Shown here: positions 40,404 to 50,784 of the stretch, piece by piece
Numbering within the stretch: the first letter of the stretch is position 1
Layout: each line of letters opens with the position of its first letter
Origin: an uncultured Chloroflexia bacterium
GTDB lineage: Bacteria > Chloroflexota > Chloroflexia > Thermomicrobiales > UBA6265
Direction: 5' to 3'
Length of the DNA stretch: 64,000 nt
Assembly: GCA_963724295.1 (NCBI GenBank)
Contig: CAVRUC010000003.1
Location: 96,001-160,000 of the forward strand
Notes under the pieces: generated by a model
Told to the model about the DNA's origin: nothing
The model's database searches: none
Seen by the model: only the letters and a program-made list of their open reading frames with translations
Position numbers and translations under genes: made by a program

Positions 40404-41552
40404 ATGGCCGAAAACCGCATCAAGCAGCTCTATCTGGAAGAAGGTCAGAGTGCCTGGCAGGACGACATCTCCCGCGACATGCTCAACCAGGGGAGCATCC
40501 GGACCGCGATCGAGGAGATCGGCATTCGGGGGCTGACCTCGAATCCGACGATCTTCGAGAAGGCGATCGCCGCCGGCACCGCCTATGACGAGGAGATCGC
40601 GGGGCTGCTCGAGCGCGATCTCGACGCGCACGCCATCTTCGAGACGGTAGCGGTGCGGGATATCCAGAACGCCGCCGATCTCTTCCGGCCGCTCTATGAG
40701 TCATCCGAGGGCGGTGACGGATTCGTCTCGATCGAAGTCTCTCCCCTCGCCGCGCGCGACCCCGCCGTCACGACGGACGACGCTCGCCGGCTCTGGTCGG
40801 CTGTCGACCGCCCAAATCTGATGGTCAAGATCCCGGGCACGCACGAAGCGGTACCGGTCATCGAGCAGATGCTTACCGAGGGGATCAACATCAACATCAC
40901 CCTCCTCTTCTCGGTTGCCGCCTACGAGCGGGTCGCTCGCGCCTACATCGCGGCCCTCACGGCGCGGCGGGCGGCGGGACAACCGATCGACCGCATCGCC
41001 TCGGTCGCCTCGTTCTTCGTCTCGCGGGTCGACACGCTCGTCGATAAGTTGCTCGACGAGAAGATCACGGCCACCAGCGATGCGACGCAGAAGGGCTGGT
41101 TGGAGTCGCTCAAGGGGAAGGCCGCTATCGCCAACGCCAAGATCGCCTATCAGTCGTTCGAACGGCTCTTCTCCGGCGCGGAGTGGGACGCGTTGGCCGC
41201 GGCCGGAGCGGACGTGCAGCGTCCACTCTGGGCCTCTACCTCGGTCAAGAACCCCGCCTTCCCGGACACCATGTACGTCGACGAACTGATCGGACCCATG
41301 ACGGTCAACACCATGCCGCGACCGACCATGACCGCCTTCCTCGACCACGGCACGGTCGAGCGCACGGTCGACAAGGATCTGTCCGGCGCCCACAAGACGA
41401 TGGAGGATCTGGCGGCGGCCGGGATCGACATCGACGCCGTCACCGCGCAGCTCGAAGACGAGGGCATCGCCTCGTTCTCCAAGAGCTACGACTCACTGCT
41501 GGAAGGCGTTGCCTCCAAGCGGTCGCAATTGGCGGGTGCGCCAGCGGACTAA
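40404..41552 (+). CDS. tal: Transaldolase
   Basis: W.DDISR, GLTSNPTIF, VSIEVSP, NLMVKIP, INITLLFS, SFFVSRVD, RPLWAST. Confidence 0.95.
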   Translation: MAENRIKQLYLEEGQSAWQDDISRDMLNQGSIRTAIEEIGIRGLTSNPTIFEKAIAAGTAYDEEIAGLLERDLDAHAIFETVAVRDIQNAADLFRPLYESSEGGDGFVSIEVSPLAARDPAVTTDDARRLWSAVDRPNLMVKIPGTHEAVPVIEQMLTEGININITLLFSVAAYERVARAYIAALTARRAAGQPIDRIASVASFFVSRVDTLVDKLLDEKITATSDATQKGWLESLKGKAAIANAKIAYQSFERLFSGAEWDALAAAGADVQRPLWASTSVKNPAFPDTMYVDELIGPMTVNTMPRPTMTAFLDHGTVERTVDKDLSGAHKTMEDLAAAGIDIDAVTAQLEDEGIASFSKSYDSLLEGVASKRSQLAGAPAD

Positions 41553-41603
41553 GCGAGCGGCCTCAACCGCTCTTCGCTCGACACGCCACGTGGAAAGGGG
41601 ATC

Positions 41604-42980
41604 GTGAAGATGCCCGATGTCATCCTGCGTCACGTGCCGCTGCCCGACGAGATCGCCACGGCGGACCCACCCGCGATCGATACCGCCGAATACGAACGGC
41701 GCTGCGATGAGACGCTGGCGCGGGCGGGCACGCCGTGGGTTGCCGTCTACGGCGACCGCGAGCACAGCGCCAATCTCCTCTTCCTGACTGGTTTCGATCC
41801 CCGTTTCGAAGAGGCGCTCCTGTTGCTGGGACCCGGCAACCGGCGCGTGCTGCTCGTCGGCAACGAAGGTGTCGTCCACGCCGTGGTCGCGGGCCTGGCG
41901 CTGCAGACCGAGCTCTTCCAGGGGTTCAGCCTGATGGGGCAGCCGCGGGAATCGACGCCGCATCTCGATCGAGTGCTCGAGGACGTCGGTCTGGACTCGG
42001 CAGACCAGGTCGGCATCGTCGGCTGGAAGTACCTCACCGCGGCGGAAAGCGATGATCCGGGCCGCCCATCCTGGGCACCCGCCGTGATCGTGGATAGCCT
42101 GCGCCGCGTCACGGGGAAGGCGCTCATCGACGTGACCGCTGTCCTGATGCATCCCGGTGACGGCCTGCGCGCGCGCAACAGCGCGGACCAGATCGCCGCG
42201 TTCGCCTGGGCCGCGCTGCGCGTGAGCCAGGCGGTCTTCCGAGTCGTTCGCGGCGCCCGGCCGGGCATGACCGAGCGCGACGCCGCGGCGCAGATGGGCT
42301 ACGCGGGCGAGCCGCTCTCAATGCATCCCATCGTCGCCAGCGGCGCACCCGGCCAGCCGATCAATGGCCTGCGATCGCCGGGCGGCCGGCAGATCGCCAT
42401 CGGCGACGGCATCAGCTGCGGTATCGGCTATTGGGGATCGCTCTGCTGCCGTGCCGGACTCGTCGAGGACGCCGCCGGAATCGACTTCTTCACGAATTAC
42501 GTCCGGCCCTACTTCCTGGCGCAGGCAGCCTGGTATGGCACGATCGGCATTGGCGTGACCGGCGGCGAGGTCGCCACCGCCGTCGAGACTGCCCTGGCCG
42601 ATGCCGGCGCGACGTTTCGCCCCATGCTCAATCCCGGACACCTGATCTCCTATGATGAATGGGTGCACTCGCCGATCGAGCTGGGCAGCGATGTTCCGCT
42701 CGCCTCCGGGATGGCGCTGCAGTGCGACATCATCCCCACTCCCATCCCGGCTGGCACGGCGCTCAACTGCGAAGACTCGGTCGTTCTGGCGGATCAAGCG
42801 CTGCGGGAGGAGATCGCCGCGCGGCACCCCGAGCTGTGGGCGCGCATCAATCGCAACCGGGATCTGATGCAGAACCAACTCGGACTCTCACTTCGACCGG
42901 AAACGCTGCCACTGTCACTGGCCAACGCGTACCTGCCGCCGGCCTGGCTCTCACCCGAGATGGTCTGCGCGCTTGCCTAG
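41604..42980 (+). CDS. Xaa-Pro aminopeptidase/M24-like protein with atypical metal site
   Basis: YGDREH.ANL.FLTGFDPRFEEA N-domain; NPGHL..DEW, QCDIIP, NCED. Confidence 0.7.
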   Translation: MKMPDVILRHVPLPDEIATADPPAIDTAEYERRCDETLARAGTPWVAVYGDREHSANLLFLTGFDPRFEEALLLLGPGNRRVLLVGNEGVVHAVVAGLALQTELFQGFSLMGQPRESTPHLDRVLEDVGLDSADQVGIVGWKYLTAAESDDPGRPSWAPAVIVDSLRRVTGKALIDVTAVLMHPGDGLRARNSADQIAAFAWAALRVSQAVFRVVRGARPGMTERDAAAQMGYAGEPLSMHPIVASGAPGQPINGLRSPGGRQIAIGDGISCGIGYWGSLCCRAGLVEDAAGIDFFTNYVRPYFLAQAAWYGTIGIGVTGGEVATAVETALADAGATFRPMLNPGHLISYDEWVHSPIELGSDVPLASGMALQCDIIPTPIPAGTALNCEDSVVLADQALREEIAARHPELWARINRNRDLMQNQLGLSLRPETLPLSLANAYLPPAWLSPEMVCALA

Positions 42981-43047
42981 AGCGGTACAATTCCCGCCTG
43001 GCTGTGAGATCGGCGGGCTCGCGTGAGCCACGGAGCAGGCCACCCGC

Positions 43048-44601
43048 ATGAATCAACAAGGACCACACGTCGGGCTGATCGGCCTGGCGGTCATGGGCGA
43101 GAATCTCTCCCTCAATATCGCCCGCAATGGTTTTCCGCTCGTCGTCTATAACCGCACCACGTTGCGTACCGAGGAATTTCTCTCGGGAGCGGCTGCCGAC
43201 ACCGGGATCACCGGCGTCGCGACGATCCCCGAGCTGGTGGCCGCGCTGGCGAGGCCACGGCAGATCATCCTGATGGTCAAAGCCGGCGTCCCGGTCGACG
43301 CCGTGCTCACGGAGCTGGCGCCTCTCCTCGACCCTGGGGACATCGTCGTCGACGGCGGCAACTCCTATTTCCGGGACACCGAGCGGCGCGAGGCGGCGCT
43401 GGCCGCGCAGAACGTGATGTTCGTCGGCATGGGCGTCTCCGGCGGCGAGCTTGGCGCCCTCTGGGGACCGAGCCTGATGCCCGGTGGACCGCGCGAGGCA
43501 TACGATGTCCTCGCGCCAATGCTCGAAGCTATCGCGGCCAAGAGCGCTTACGGTCCCTGTGTGAGCTACATCGGCCCCGGCGGTAGCGGCCATTACGTCA
43601 AGATGATTCACAACGGCATCGAGTACGGCGACATGCAGCTCATCGCCGAGTCGTACGATGTCATGCGCTCCGCGCTCGGTATGCGGGCCGAAGAGATCGC
43701 CACGGTCTTCGCCGACTGGAACACGCGCAAGCTCGCCTCGTATCTCATCGAGGTCACCGCTGACGTTCTTCGCTATGTCGATACAGAGACCAGGCAGCCC
43801 CTGGTCGACCTCATTCTCGACGCGGCCGAGCAAAAAGGCACCGGGCGCTGGACAATCGAGAGCGCGCTGGACCTGGCCAGCCCGGTGCCGACCATCGATG
43901 CCGCGGTTACGGCGCGCAATCTCTCCGCGCTGCGAGATCTGCGCGTTCAGGCCAGCGAGGTCCTTGTCGGTCCATCGATGCCTGGGGGACCGGAGCAGGC
44001 TGCCGCCTTGCTCGGTGGCGCCGGCGGCCCTGACCAGGCCTTTGCCTCGCTCGAGGACGCCCTCTACTTCTCGAAAATCTCCTCCTACTCCCAGGGGATG
44101 GCGCTGCTCAACGCGGCGAGTGCCGCATATACCTGGAATCTCGACCTGTCCGAGATCGCCCGTATCTGGACCGGAGGCTGCATCATCCGCGCCGCGTTTC
44201 TGGCTGACATCATGCGCGCCTACCGCGACAACCCCGATCTGGCGAACATGCTGCTCGACCCGCAGATCGCGCAGCAGTCGGATGAGACCGTTGGCGGGGT
44301 CCGGCGCGCGATCGTGGCGGCCCGGACCTGGGGCATCCCGGTGCCGGGAACGTCATCGGCGCTCGACTACTTCGACACCCTGCGCCAGCCTTCTCTTCCC
44401 GCCAATCTCATCCAGGCACAACGCGACTATTTCGGCGCGCACACGTATCAACGCAGCGATCGGGAGGGCGTCTTCCACACCCCGTGGCACGGCGACGAGC
44501 AACCCGTGGAACCGGTCCCCTTGCAAGCCGTCACCGACGCGTCAGCAGAGCCGGTGCCGGTCGAATCACTCCCTGACCCTTCGACAAGCGCGAGGCCCTA
44601 G
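43048..44601 (+). CDS. gnd: NADP-dependent 6-phosphogluconate dehydrogenase
   Basis: [48 protein letters not shown]. Confidence 0.97.
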   Translation: MNQQGPHVGLIGLAVMGENLSLNIARNGFPLVVYNRTTLRTEEFLSGAAADTGITGVATIPELVAALARPRQIILMVKAGVPVDAVLTELAPLLDPGDIVVDGGNSYFRDTERREAALAAQNVMFVGMGVSGGELGALWGPSLMPGGPREAYDVLAPMLEAIAAKSAYGPCVSYIGPGGSGHYVKMIHNGIEYGDMQLIAESYDVMRSALGMRAEEIATVFADWNTRKLASYLIEVTADVLRYVDTETRQPLVDLILDAAEQKGTGRWTIESALDLASPVPTIDAAVTARNLSALRDLRVQASEVLVGPSMPGGPEQAAALLGGAGGPDQAFASLEDALYFSKISSYSQGMALLNAASAAYTWNLDLSEIARIWTGGCIIRAAFLADIMRAYRDNPDLANMLLDPQIAQQSDETVGGVRRAIVAARTWGIPVPGTSSALDYFDTLRQPSLPANLIQAQRDYFGAHTYQRSDREGVFHTPWHGDEQPVEPVPLQAVTDASAEPVPVESLPDPSTSARP

Positions 44602-44606
44602 ACTCA

Positions 44607-46289
44607 ATGACCGACACTCCTCCGAGCACCACCCTGACCGATACCGGTGACGGCGGGCGAACGACCGTTGCGGAACCTCTCGACCTGACGCTGCCGAGTC
44701 CATCCGAGGTCTGGTCGCATCCAGTCGACGCCTTGACTCAAGCGCAAGAAGCGCTGAATCCGCTCCGCTCCTCCGAGGTCGACCGCGTGATCGCCCCGGC
44801 GGCAATGGTCATCTTCGGCGTCAGCGGCGACCTCACGTCGCGCAAGCTGATGCCGGCCCTCTATGACCTGGCCGTCGGTCTACCCCTCCCCGAAGGCTTC
44901 TCGATCGTCGGGGTCTCGCGTCGCGATTGGAGCGATGAGGAGTTCCGCGAAAAGATGCGCGAGGCGGTCGCCGCCAGCGCGCGCACCCCGGTCACCGAGG
45001 ATGCCTGGCAAGGGTTCGCCAAGGGCCTGAGCTACGTGCAGGCCGACTTTGCCGATCCGGCAGCGTATGGCCGCCTGGGTGAGCGGCTGCGGGAGATCGA
45101 TGCCGAGCGCGGCACCAAGGGCAACCGCATCTTCTACCTGGCTACCTCGCCGGATTACTTCTTGCCGATTATTCACGGGCTGGAAGCGGCCGCGGTCTCC
45201 GAGCGTCAGGCCAATTACGTGGAACCAAGCGAGGGTTGGCAGCGCATCGTCATCGAAAAACCGTTCGGTCACGACCTTCAATCCGCCCGCGAGCTGATCC
45301 AGGAGATGGCGGAGGCGTTCTCTGAGCGGCAGATCTATCGCATCGATCACTACCTCGGGAAGGAGACGGTTCAGAACATTCTCGCCTTCCGCTTCGCCAA
45401 TATTCTGTTCGAGCCAATCTGGAACCGGAACTACGTCGACAACGTGCAGATCACCACGGCCGAGTCAATCGGCGTCGAGGGCCGAGCCGATTACTACGAC
45501 CGTGCCGGCGCGCTGCGCGACATGGTGCAGAGCCACCTGTTGCAGCTCCTGACGGTAGTCGCCATGGAACCGCCCGCGCGCTACAGCGGCAATGCCGTGC
45601 GCGATGAAAAGGTCAAGGTTCTTCGCTCCGTCGTGCCACCGGCAGATGAGGAAGACGTCCTGCGCTGGGTAGTGCCCGGGCAGTATGGACCGGGCTACGT
45701 CGGCGGCAAGGCGGTCACCGGGTACCGTGAGGAGGCCGACGTTGCCTCTGACAGCAAGATCGAGACGTTCGTCGCCCTCCGCTTGAAGGTCGAAAACTGG
45801 CGCTGGAACGGAGTGCCCTTCCTCCTGCGCACCGGCAAGCGCCTCCCCCGCCGTGTCACCGAGGTTGCCGTTTCCCTCAAGAAAGTGCCGCACATGATCT
45901 TCGGTGGGGCAGAAGTGGAGCCGTCACCGGACGTCATCTCGATGCGCATTCAGCCTGACGAGGGGATCGCCATCCGCTTCAACGCGAAGGTGCCCGGCGC
46001 CGGTACCCAGATCCGGCCGGTACGGATGGAGTTCTCTTACGGTTCGGCGTTTGGCGAGGCGGGCCCGGACGCGTACGAGCGGCTGCTGCTCGACGTCATT
46101 CGCGGCGATCCGACGCTCTTTACCCGGCGCGACGAGGTGGAGGCGGCATGGACGATCGTGCAACCGATCCTCGATGTCTGGGCCAACCCCGCGGCGCCGG
46201 CGCCCTTTCCCTATGCAGCTGGGTCCTGGGGTCCTGAGGAAGCCGAGACGATGATCTCGCTGACCGACCGCTCCTGGCGGCGACCCTAA
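44607..46289 (+). CDS. zwf: Glucose-6-phosphate dehydrogenase
   Basis: [39 protein letters not shown]. Confidence 0.97.
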   Translation: MTDTPPSTTLTDTGDGGRTTVAEPLDLTLPSPSEVWSHPVDALTQAQEALNPLRSSEVDRVIAPAAMVIFGVSGDLTSRKLMPALYDLAVGLPLPEGFSIVGVSRRDWSDEEFREKMREAVAASARTPVTEDAWQGFAKGLSYVQADFADPAAYGRLGERLREIDAERGTKGNRIFYLATSPDYFLPIIHGLEAAAVSERQANYVEPSEGWQRIVIEKPFGHDLQSARELIQEMAEAFSERQIYRIDHYLGKETVQNILAFRFANILFEPIWNRNYVDNVQITTAESIGVEGRADYYDRAGALRDMVQSHLLQLLTVVAMEPPARYSGNAVRDEKVKVLRSVVPPADEEDVLRWVVPGQYGPGYVGGKAVTGYREEADVASDSKIETFVALRLKVENWRWNGVPFLLRTGKRLPRRVTEVAVSLKKVPHMIFGGAEVEPSPDVISMRIQPDEGIAIRFNAKVPGAGTQIRPVRMEFSYGSAFGEAGPDAYERLLLDVIRGDPTLFTRRDEVEAAWTIVQPILDVWANPAAPAPFPYAAGSWGPEEAETMISLTDRSWRRP

Positions 46290-46308
46290 GACCCGACGGA
46301 GAAGTCAG

Positions 46309-47571
46309 TTGGCAAGCGTTCCCCAAGCGACTGGCCGTCCCGTCGCCCACCCCATCCCCGGCGCGTCGTGGCGGGCTCGCGTCCAGGACGCCGGTGAGAT
46401 CACCGCCCAGCTCAATGTGCTCTGGCGCCGCTACGCCGAGGCCCGTGACGCCCAGAAGCCATCGCCAAACGGCCAGTCGAGCGACGCTCCCTGGCCGATG
46501 GTCACTGCTCGTGCCGCGACGCTCAATCTCATCGCCGCCACACGCACCAGATCCGACGCCGATCGGGTGCGGCAGACGATCGCCGCGCTTTCGGACATCT
46601 ATCCCTCCCGGGCGACCGTCCTCATCGCCGATCCGGCGCAGGACACCGGCGCCGCGCCCGGGATGGATGTCCGCGTCGATCTGCTCGAGCAGGAAGCCAC
46701 CCGCAGCCGCCCCGCTATCGTCTACGAGTGCGTCACCGTCGACGTCAGCACTGAAAACGAACGGCAGCTGGCCTCCATCGCCTCGCCACTGCTGGTGCCC
46801 GACCTCCCCGATTTCCTCTGGTGGGCAGCGGACACCGGCCAGAGCGGCTCGCTCTTCTCCGAGCTGGTCGGCATCTCCGACCGGCTCGTCGTCGACAGCG
46901 CGATCTCCCAACACGCCGCCGGGGCCATGCAGACATTACACGCGTATGCCAGCGACCCGGGAGACCACCCAGCCCTGAGCGATTTCGCCTGGGCCCGGCT
47001 CGCGCCGTGGCGACGATTGACGACGCAATTTTTCGACGTTGCGGCGACGCTCCCGATCCTCGATCTCATCGACGAGGCGACCGTCACCTATGCCAACTCT
47101 CCCAGTCGGTGGTCCGGGTTCACAGGCGCGCTCCTCTTTGCCGGTTGGCTCGGCTCCCGCCTGCACTGGCGCACGCCGGGCGAGCTGCTGCCGGTGCGAG
47201 GCGATCCGAATGTCTGGCGAGCGACACTACGCGCCGGCACCGCCGGCAGACAGCGCGAGGTGACGCTCACGCTGAGACCGACAGCCAAGCCACTGGCCGC
47301 TTCGACCCTGCTCGACGTCCGGCTCGCGGCCGACGGCGGCAAAGCCGGGTTCTTCACCGTCGAGCGGCTCGATGGCAATGAAATATCGACCACCAGCGAC
47401 AGCCCGGAGCTGCCGAACATCGTTCGTACCGTCTTCGCGCCCCTACCCACCGAAGCCGATCTCCTGGGCGAGGAGTTACGGGTTTTTGGCCGCGACGCCG
47501 TTTTCGAAGCCGCGCTGGCATTCGCCGCCGACATGGCTCCCGAGGGCTTCACGGGGGCGAGACCGCGGTGA
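46309..47571 (+). CDS. opcA: G6PDH assembly protein OpcA
   Basis: Follows zwf; PSR, LLVPDLP..LWW, RLVVDS, DFAWARL.PWR. Confidence 0.88.
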   Translation: MASVPQATGRPVAHPIPGASWRARVQDAGEITAQLNVLWRRYAEARDAQKPSPNGQSSDAPWPMVTARAATLNLIAATRTRSDADRVRQTIAALSDIYPSRATVLIADPAQDTGAAPGMDVRVDLLEQEATRSRPAIVYECVTVDVSTENERQLASIASPLLVPDLPDFLWWAADTGQSGSLFSELVGISDRLVVDSAISQHAAGAMQTLHAYASDPGDHPALSDFAWARLAPWRRLTTQFFDVAATLPILDLIDEATVTYANSPSRWSGFTGALLFAGWLGSRLHWRTPGELLPVRGDPNVWRATLRAGTAGRQREVTLTLRPTAKPLAASTLLDVRLAADGGKAGFFTVERLDGNEISTTSDSPELPNIVRTVFAPLPTEADLLGEELRVFGRDAVFEAALAFAADMAPEGFTGARPR

Positions 47572-48473
47572 CGGAAGACGGCAAGGTGACGGGAGACGGC
47601 AAGACGGCCGTAGGGGCGACGCCTGCGTCGCCCGCGTCCGCCCTCACCCAGAGAAAGGCACTTGGCCCCTCTGACACAGGAGAGGTTGACGGCGACGGCT
47701 TGACGCTCGACTTCGGGCCGCGCGGGCAAGTGGTCATCGTGCCCGATGGGCCGGCGCTGGCCAGGGCGGCAGCCGAACACTTCGCGCGCGCGGTCGACCG
47801 GGCGGTCGCCGAGCGCGGATACGCCTTCATCGCTCTTTCCGGTGGCACTACGCCCAAACAGATGGGCACTATCCTGGCGCGCGAACCGTACCGCTCGCGG
47901 ATTCCCTGGGACCGCGTTCATATTTTCTGGGGCGATGAGCGGTGGGTTCCGCTCGGGTCACCGGAGAGCAACGCGGGCGAGGCCAGGCGTGGGTTCCTCG
48001 ATCTCGTGCCGATCCCACCGGGCAACGTGCACGCCTGGGACACGGCGGCGGAATCGCCTCGGGAAGCGGCCGCCGCCTACGAGACCCTGCTGCGCGAGCT
48101 ATTCACCGAGCCCACCGGGGTTCCACGCTTCGACCTGGTCCTGCTCGGCATGGGGGAGGACGGTCATACGGCTTCGCTGTTTCCGAACACCGGCGCCCTG
48201 GTCCCCGACGGGCAGCTGACCGTCGCCAACTACGTGCCAAGAATGGACGCCACTCGGCTGACGCTCACCGCCCCGGTGCTCAACGCCGGCCGCGAGATCC
48301 TCTTCCTCGTCGGCGGGCCGGGAAAGGCCGATACGCTAGAGGCGGTCCTCGAGGGCCCGGAGCTGCCGGCGACGTTCCCGGCCCAACTGATCCGGCCATC
48401 CCTGCCTGACAGCAGGCTCTGCTGGCTCGTCGACGAGGATGCCGGGGCGAAGCTCCTCCATCGAGATAGCTAG
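47568..48473 (+). CDS. pgl: 6-phosphogluconolactonase
   Basis: ALSGGTTP, FWGDERWVP..S.ESN, LLGMGEDGHTASLFP, RLTLT. Confidence 0.95.
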   Translation: MTEDGKVTGDGKTAVGATPASPASALTQRKALGPSDTGEVDGDGLTLDFGPRGQVVIVPDGPALARAAAEHFARAVDRAVAERGYAFIALSGGTTPKQMGTILAREPYRSRIPWDRVHIFWGDERWVPLGSPESNAGEARRGFLDLVPIPPGNVHAWDTAAESPREAAAAYETLLRELFTEPTGVPRFDLVLLGMGEDGHTASLFPNTGALVPDGQLTVANYVPRMDATRLTLTAPVLNAGREILFLVGGPGKADTLEAVLEGPELPATFPAQLIRPSLPDSRLCWLVDEDAGAKLLHRDS

Positions 48474-48474
48474 G

Positions 48475-49191
48475 GTGGAACTTACCGAGCGCTTGCAGCG
48501 GCTCGCGGTCGCCGCCGCCGATCTGGTCGTGCCCGGGATGGTCGTCGGCCTCGGGACCGGATCGACCGCCGACGCCGTCACCCGCGAGCTGGGACGTCGC
48601 GTCGCCGGTGGTCTGAACTTCACCGCCGTGCCGACCTCCGATCGCACCGAAGCACTTGCCCGCGATCTTGGCATCCCGCTGGCCGAGCTCGACGAGACAG
48701 AGCGCCTCGACCTTGGCATCGACGGCGCCGACGAGATCGATCCCGCGCTCGACGCCATCAAGGGCCGTGGCGGCGCCCTCCTCCGCGAGAAGCTCGTCGC
48801 TCTCTCGTGTGCCGACTACGTGCTGGTAGCGACCACCGAGAAGAGCGTCGATCGGCTCGGCAAGCGCACGCCGCTGCCGGTCGAGATCGTCGCCTTCGGC
48901 TGGTCGCAGACCGCAAAGCGGCTGGCGAGTATCGGGATTTCGCCTCAACCGCGGACGCTGGACGGTGATCCGACCCGACCGTGGGTCACGGATAACGGCG
49001 GTCTCATCATGGACTGCGAAACGGGACCGATCGCCGATTCGTCCCAGCTCGCCGCTGCCGTAAAAGCCGTCCCAGGGGTCGTCGAGCATGGGTTGTTCCT
49101 CGGGATCGCGCGGGCCGCATTACAAGTCGATCCAGATGGCCAGGTGATGCGTCGGGACCGGACCGCACGGCAATCAGGGAACCTGGAGTGA
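48475..49191 (+). CDS. rpiA: Ribose-5-phosphate isomerase A
   Basis: GLGTGST, DGADE, IKGRGGALLREK, TDNG, GVVEHGLF. Confidence 0.96.
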   Translation: MELTERLQRLAVAAADLVVPGMVVGLGTGSTADAVTRELGRRVAGGLNFTAVPTSDRTEALARDLGIPLAELDETERLDLGIDGADEIDPALDAIKGRGGALLREKLVALSCADYVLVATTEKSVDRLGKRTPLPVEIVAFGWSQTAKRLASIGISPQPRTLDGDPTRPWVTDNGGLIMDCETGPIADSSQLAAAVKAVPGVVEHGLFLGIARAALQVDPDGQVMRRDRTARQSGNLE

Positions 49192-49459
49192 CGGTCAGAC
49201 GTTTCGTAAGCAGAGGGTTGCGTCGCGGCGCTCAGGCGTTTCGAACTGTCCGAAACGCCGCCAGGATGTCTCGCCGTCCCTTGCGGAAATCATGCTGAGC
49301 GTTGGATCAGTGGGATACCGAGCGGGAGCAATCCGGTAGGACAGAACGTCGCGGCGGAAAAGCCGTAAACTCAACCTGCCGGGATGTGGCTGGAAACCGG
49401 CGAAGTCCGACTTCGCCAGCGGCAATGACGCCGCTCATGAGAGAAAGAGGTTACAGTCG

Positions 49460-50161
49460 ATGTTCTTCGATCCGATGTACTTCGTGTTCATGATCCCGGG
49501 GCTGCTGCTCACACTCTGGGCGCAGAGCCGGGTGCGTGGGAGCTACGCCAAGTTCAGCAAGGTGCGCAATGCGGTCAACATGACCGGGGCGCAGGTGGCT
49601 CGCCGCGTCCTCGACGCCAACGGGCTCTATGACGTGCCGGTGGAGTCGACCAAGGGCGAGCTGACGGATCACTACGACCCGCGCAATCGCACGCTGTTCC
49701 TCTCGCAGGGGGTTTATGGCTCGCCGAGCATCGCGGCCATGGGCATTTCCGCCCACGAAGCGGGACACGCCATTCAGCACGCGCGGGCCTATGCCCCACT
49801 GCAGTTTCGGACCGCAATCGTTCCGGCAGTGAATATTGGCTCCTCACTCGGTGTTTTCGTCCTCATCGCCGGCCTCTTCTTGCAGCTGGCGCAGCTCGCG
49901 TGGATCGGTGTGGCTCTGTTCGCCCTTGCGACCGTTTTCGCCCTGATCACGCTTCCCGTGGAGTTCGACGCTTCCCGGCGCGCGAAAGAAGCCCTGTCAA
50001 ACCTCGGTCTGACCGATGGTGGGCTGCAGCGCGGTGAGGAAGGCTCGGGCGTGGCGACGGTGCTGAATGCCGCGGCCTGGACCTACGTGGCCGGGTTTGC
50101 CGCCTCGATTCTGTCGCTGCTCTATTACGTCAGCCTGGTCAGCGGGATGAACCGCGAGTAG
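49460..50161 (+). CDS. Putative neutral zinc metallopeptidase (YugP-like)
   Basis: LTDHYDPR, AHEAGHAIQH, TLPVEFDASRRA, VLNAAAWTYV. Confidence 0.92.
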   Translation: MFFDPMYFVFMIPGLLLTLWAQSRVRGSYAKFSKVRNAVNMTGAQVARRVLDANGLYDVPVESTKGELTDHYDPRNRTLFLSQGVYGSPSIAAMGISAHEAGHAIQHARAYAPLQFRTAIVPAVNIGSSLGVFVLIAGLFLQLAQLAWIGVALFALATVFALITLPVEFDASRRAKEALSNLGLTDGGLQRGEEGSGVATVLNAAAWTYVAGFAASILSLLYYVSLVSGMNRE

Positions 50162-50206
50162 CTCTGCGGTCTCACGGCTTCATCGCATCGCGAACGTTGT
50201 ATCAGT

Positions 50207-50240
50207 CCGAGCGCCGTGCTTTCAGAAGCACGGCGCTCGG
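50207..50240 (+). terminator. 15-bp perfect hairpin, probable terminator
   Basis: CCGAGCGCCGTGCTT-TCAG-AAGCACGGCGCTCGG. Confidence 0.7.
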
Positions 50241-50311
50241 TTCAAGCAAGATCTGCTGGGGTTCTACGTGCCCCGGGATGACAGCATTGGGAACTTCGAA
50301 GGGGAATTCCG

Positions 50312-50650
50312 ATGAGTAACGTTCTGACGCCGTTTCCGCGGTCCGAGACCGCGGGCGCACGGCTCATGGCAAGCATCTGGTCCGCGAATTACGCGGCGCT
50401 CTGGCACGGTGATCCCTCCGCGTCGAGTTTCGCGGAGTGGCTGGCGGATTTCTGGGAGCCCAGCCTCGAGCGCCCGGACGGAACCCTCGCCGCACGAAGC
50501 GCTCTCGCCGCCGGTGGCCGCGGCATCGAGTGGTTCGAGCGGGACGGTTGGGTCTACGGTGTCGTTCCCGGCCAAACCGGGGGATACCTGCTGCCACGCG
50601 TCGCGATCCTCGAGCATCTGTGGCCAGGGGTCATCGCGCCCGCCGCGTAG
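50312..50650 (+). CDS. Hypothetical protein (112 aa)
   Basis: SD AAGGGG, GC-rich third positions, protein-like composition; no family recognised. Confidence 0.55.
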   Translation: MSNVLTPFPRSETAGARLMASIWSANYAALWHGDPSASSFAEWLADFWEPSLERPDGTLAARSALAAGGRGIEWFERDGWVYGVVPGQTGGYLLPRVAILEHLWPGVIAPAA

Positions 50651-50784
50651 TTCAGACCGAATTTCTGTCATGCGCGGGACAGGTTCCTGCGCTACGATGA
50701 GCCCGGGACTTTCGTCCCGGGCTTGCACTTTCCAGCGACCATCTGCGCCGGCGACAACACCGGCTCGCAAGGCGGAATACGTTA

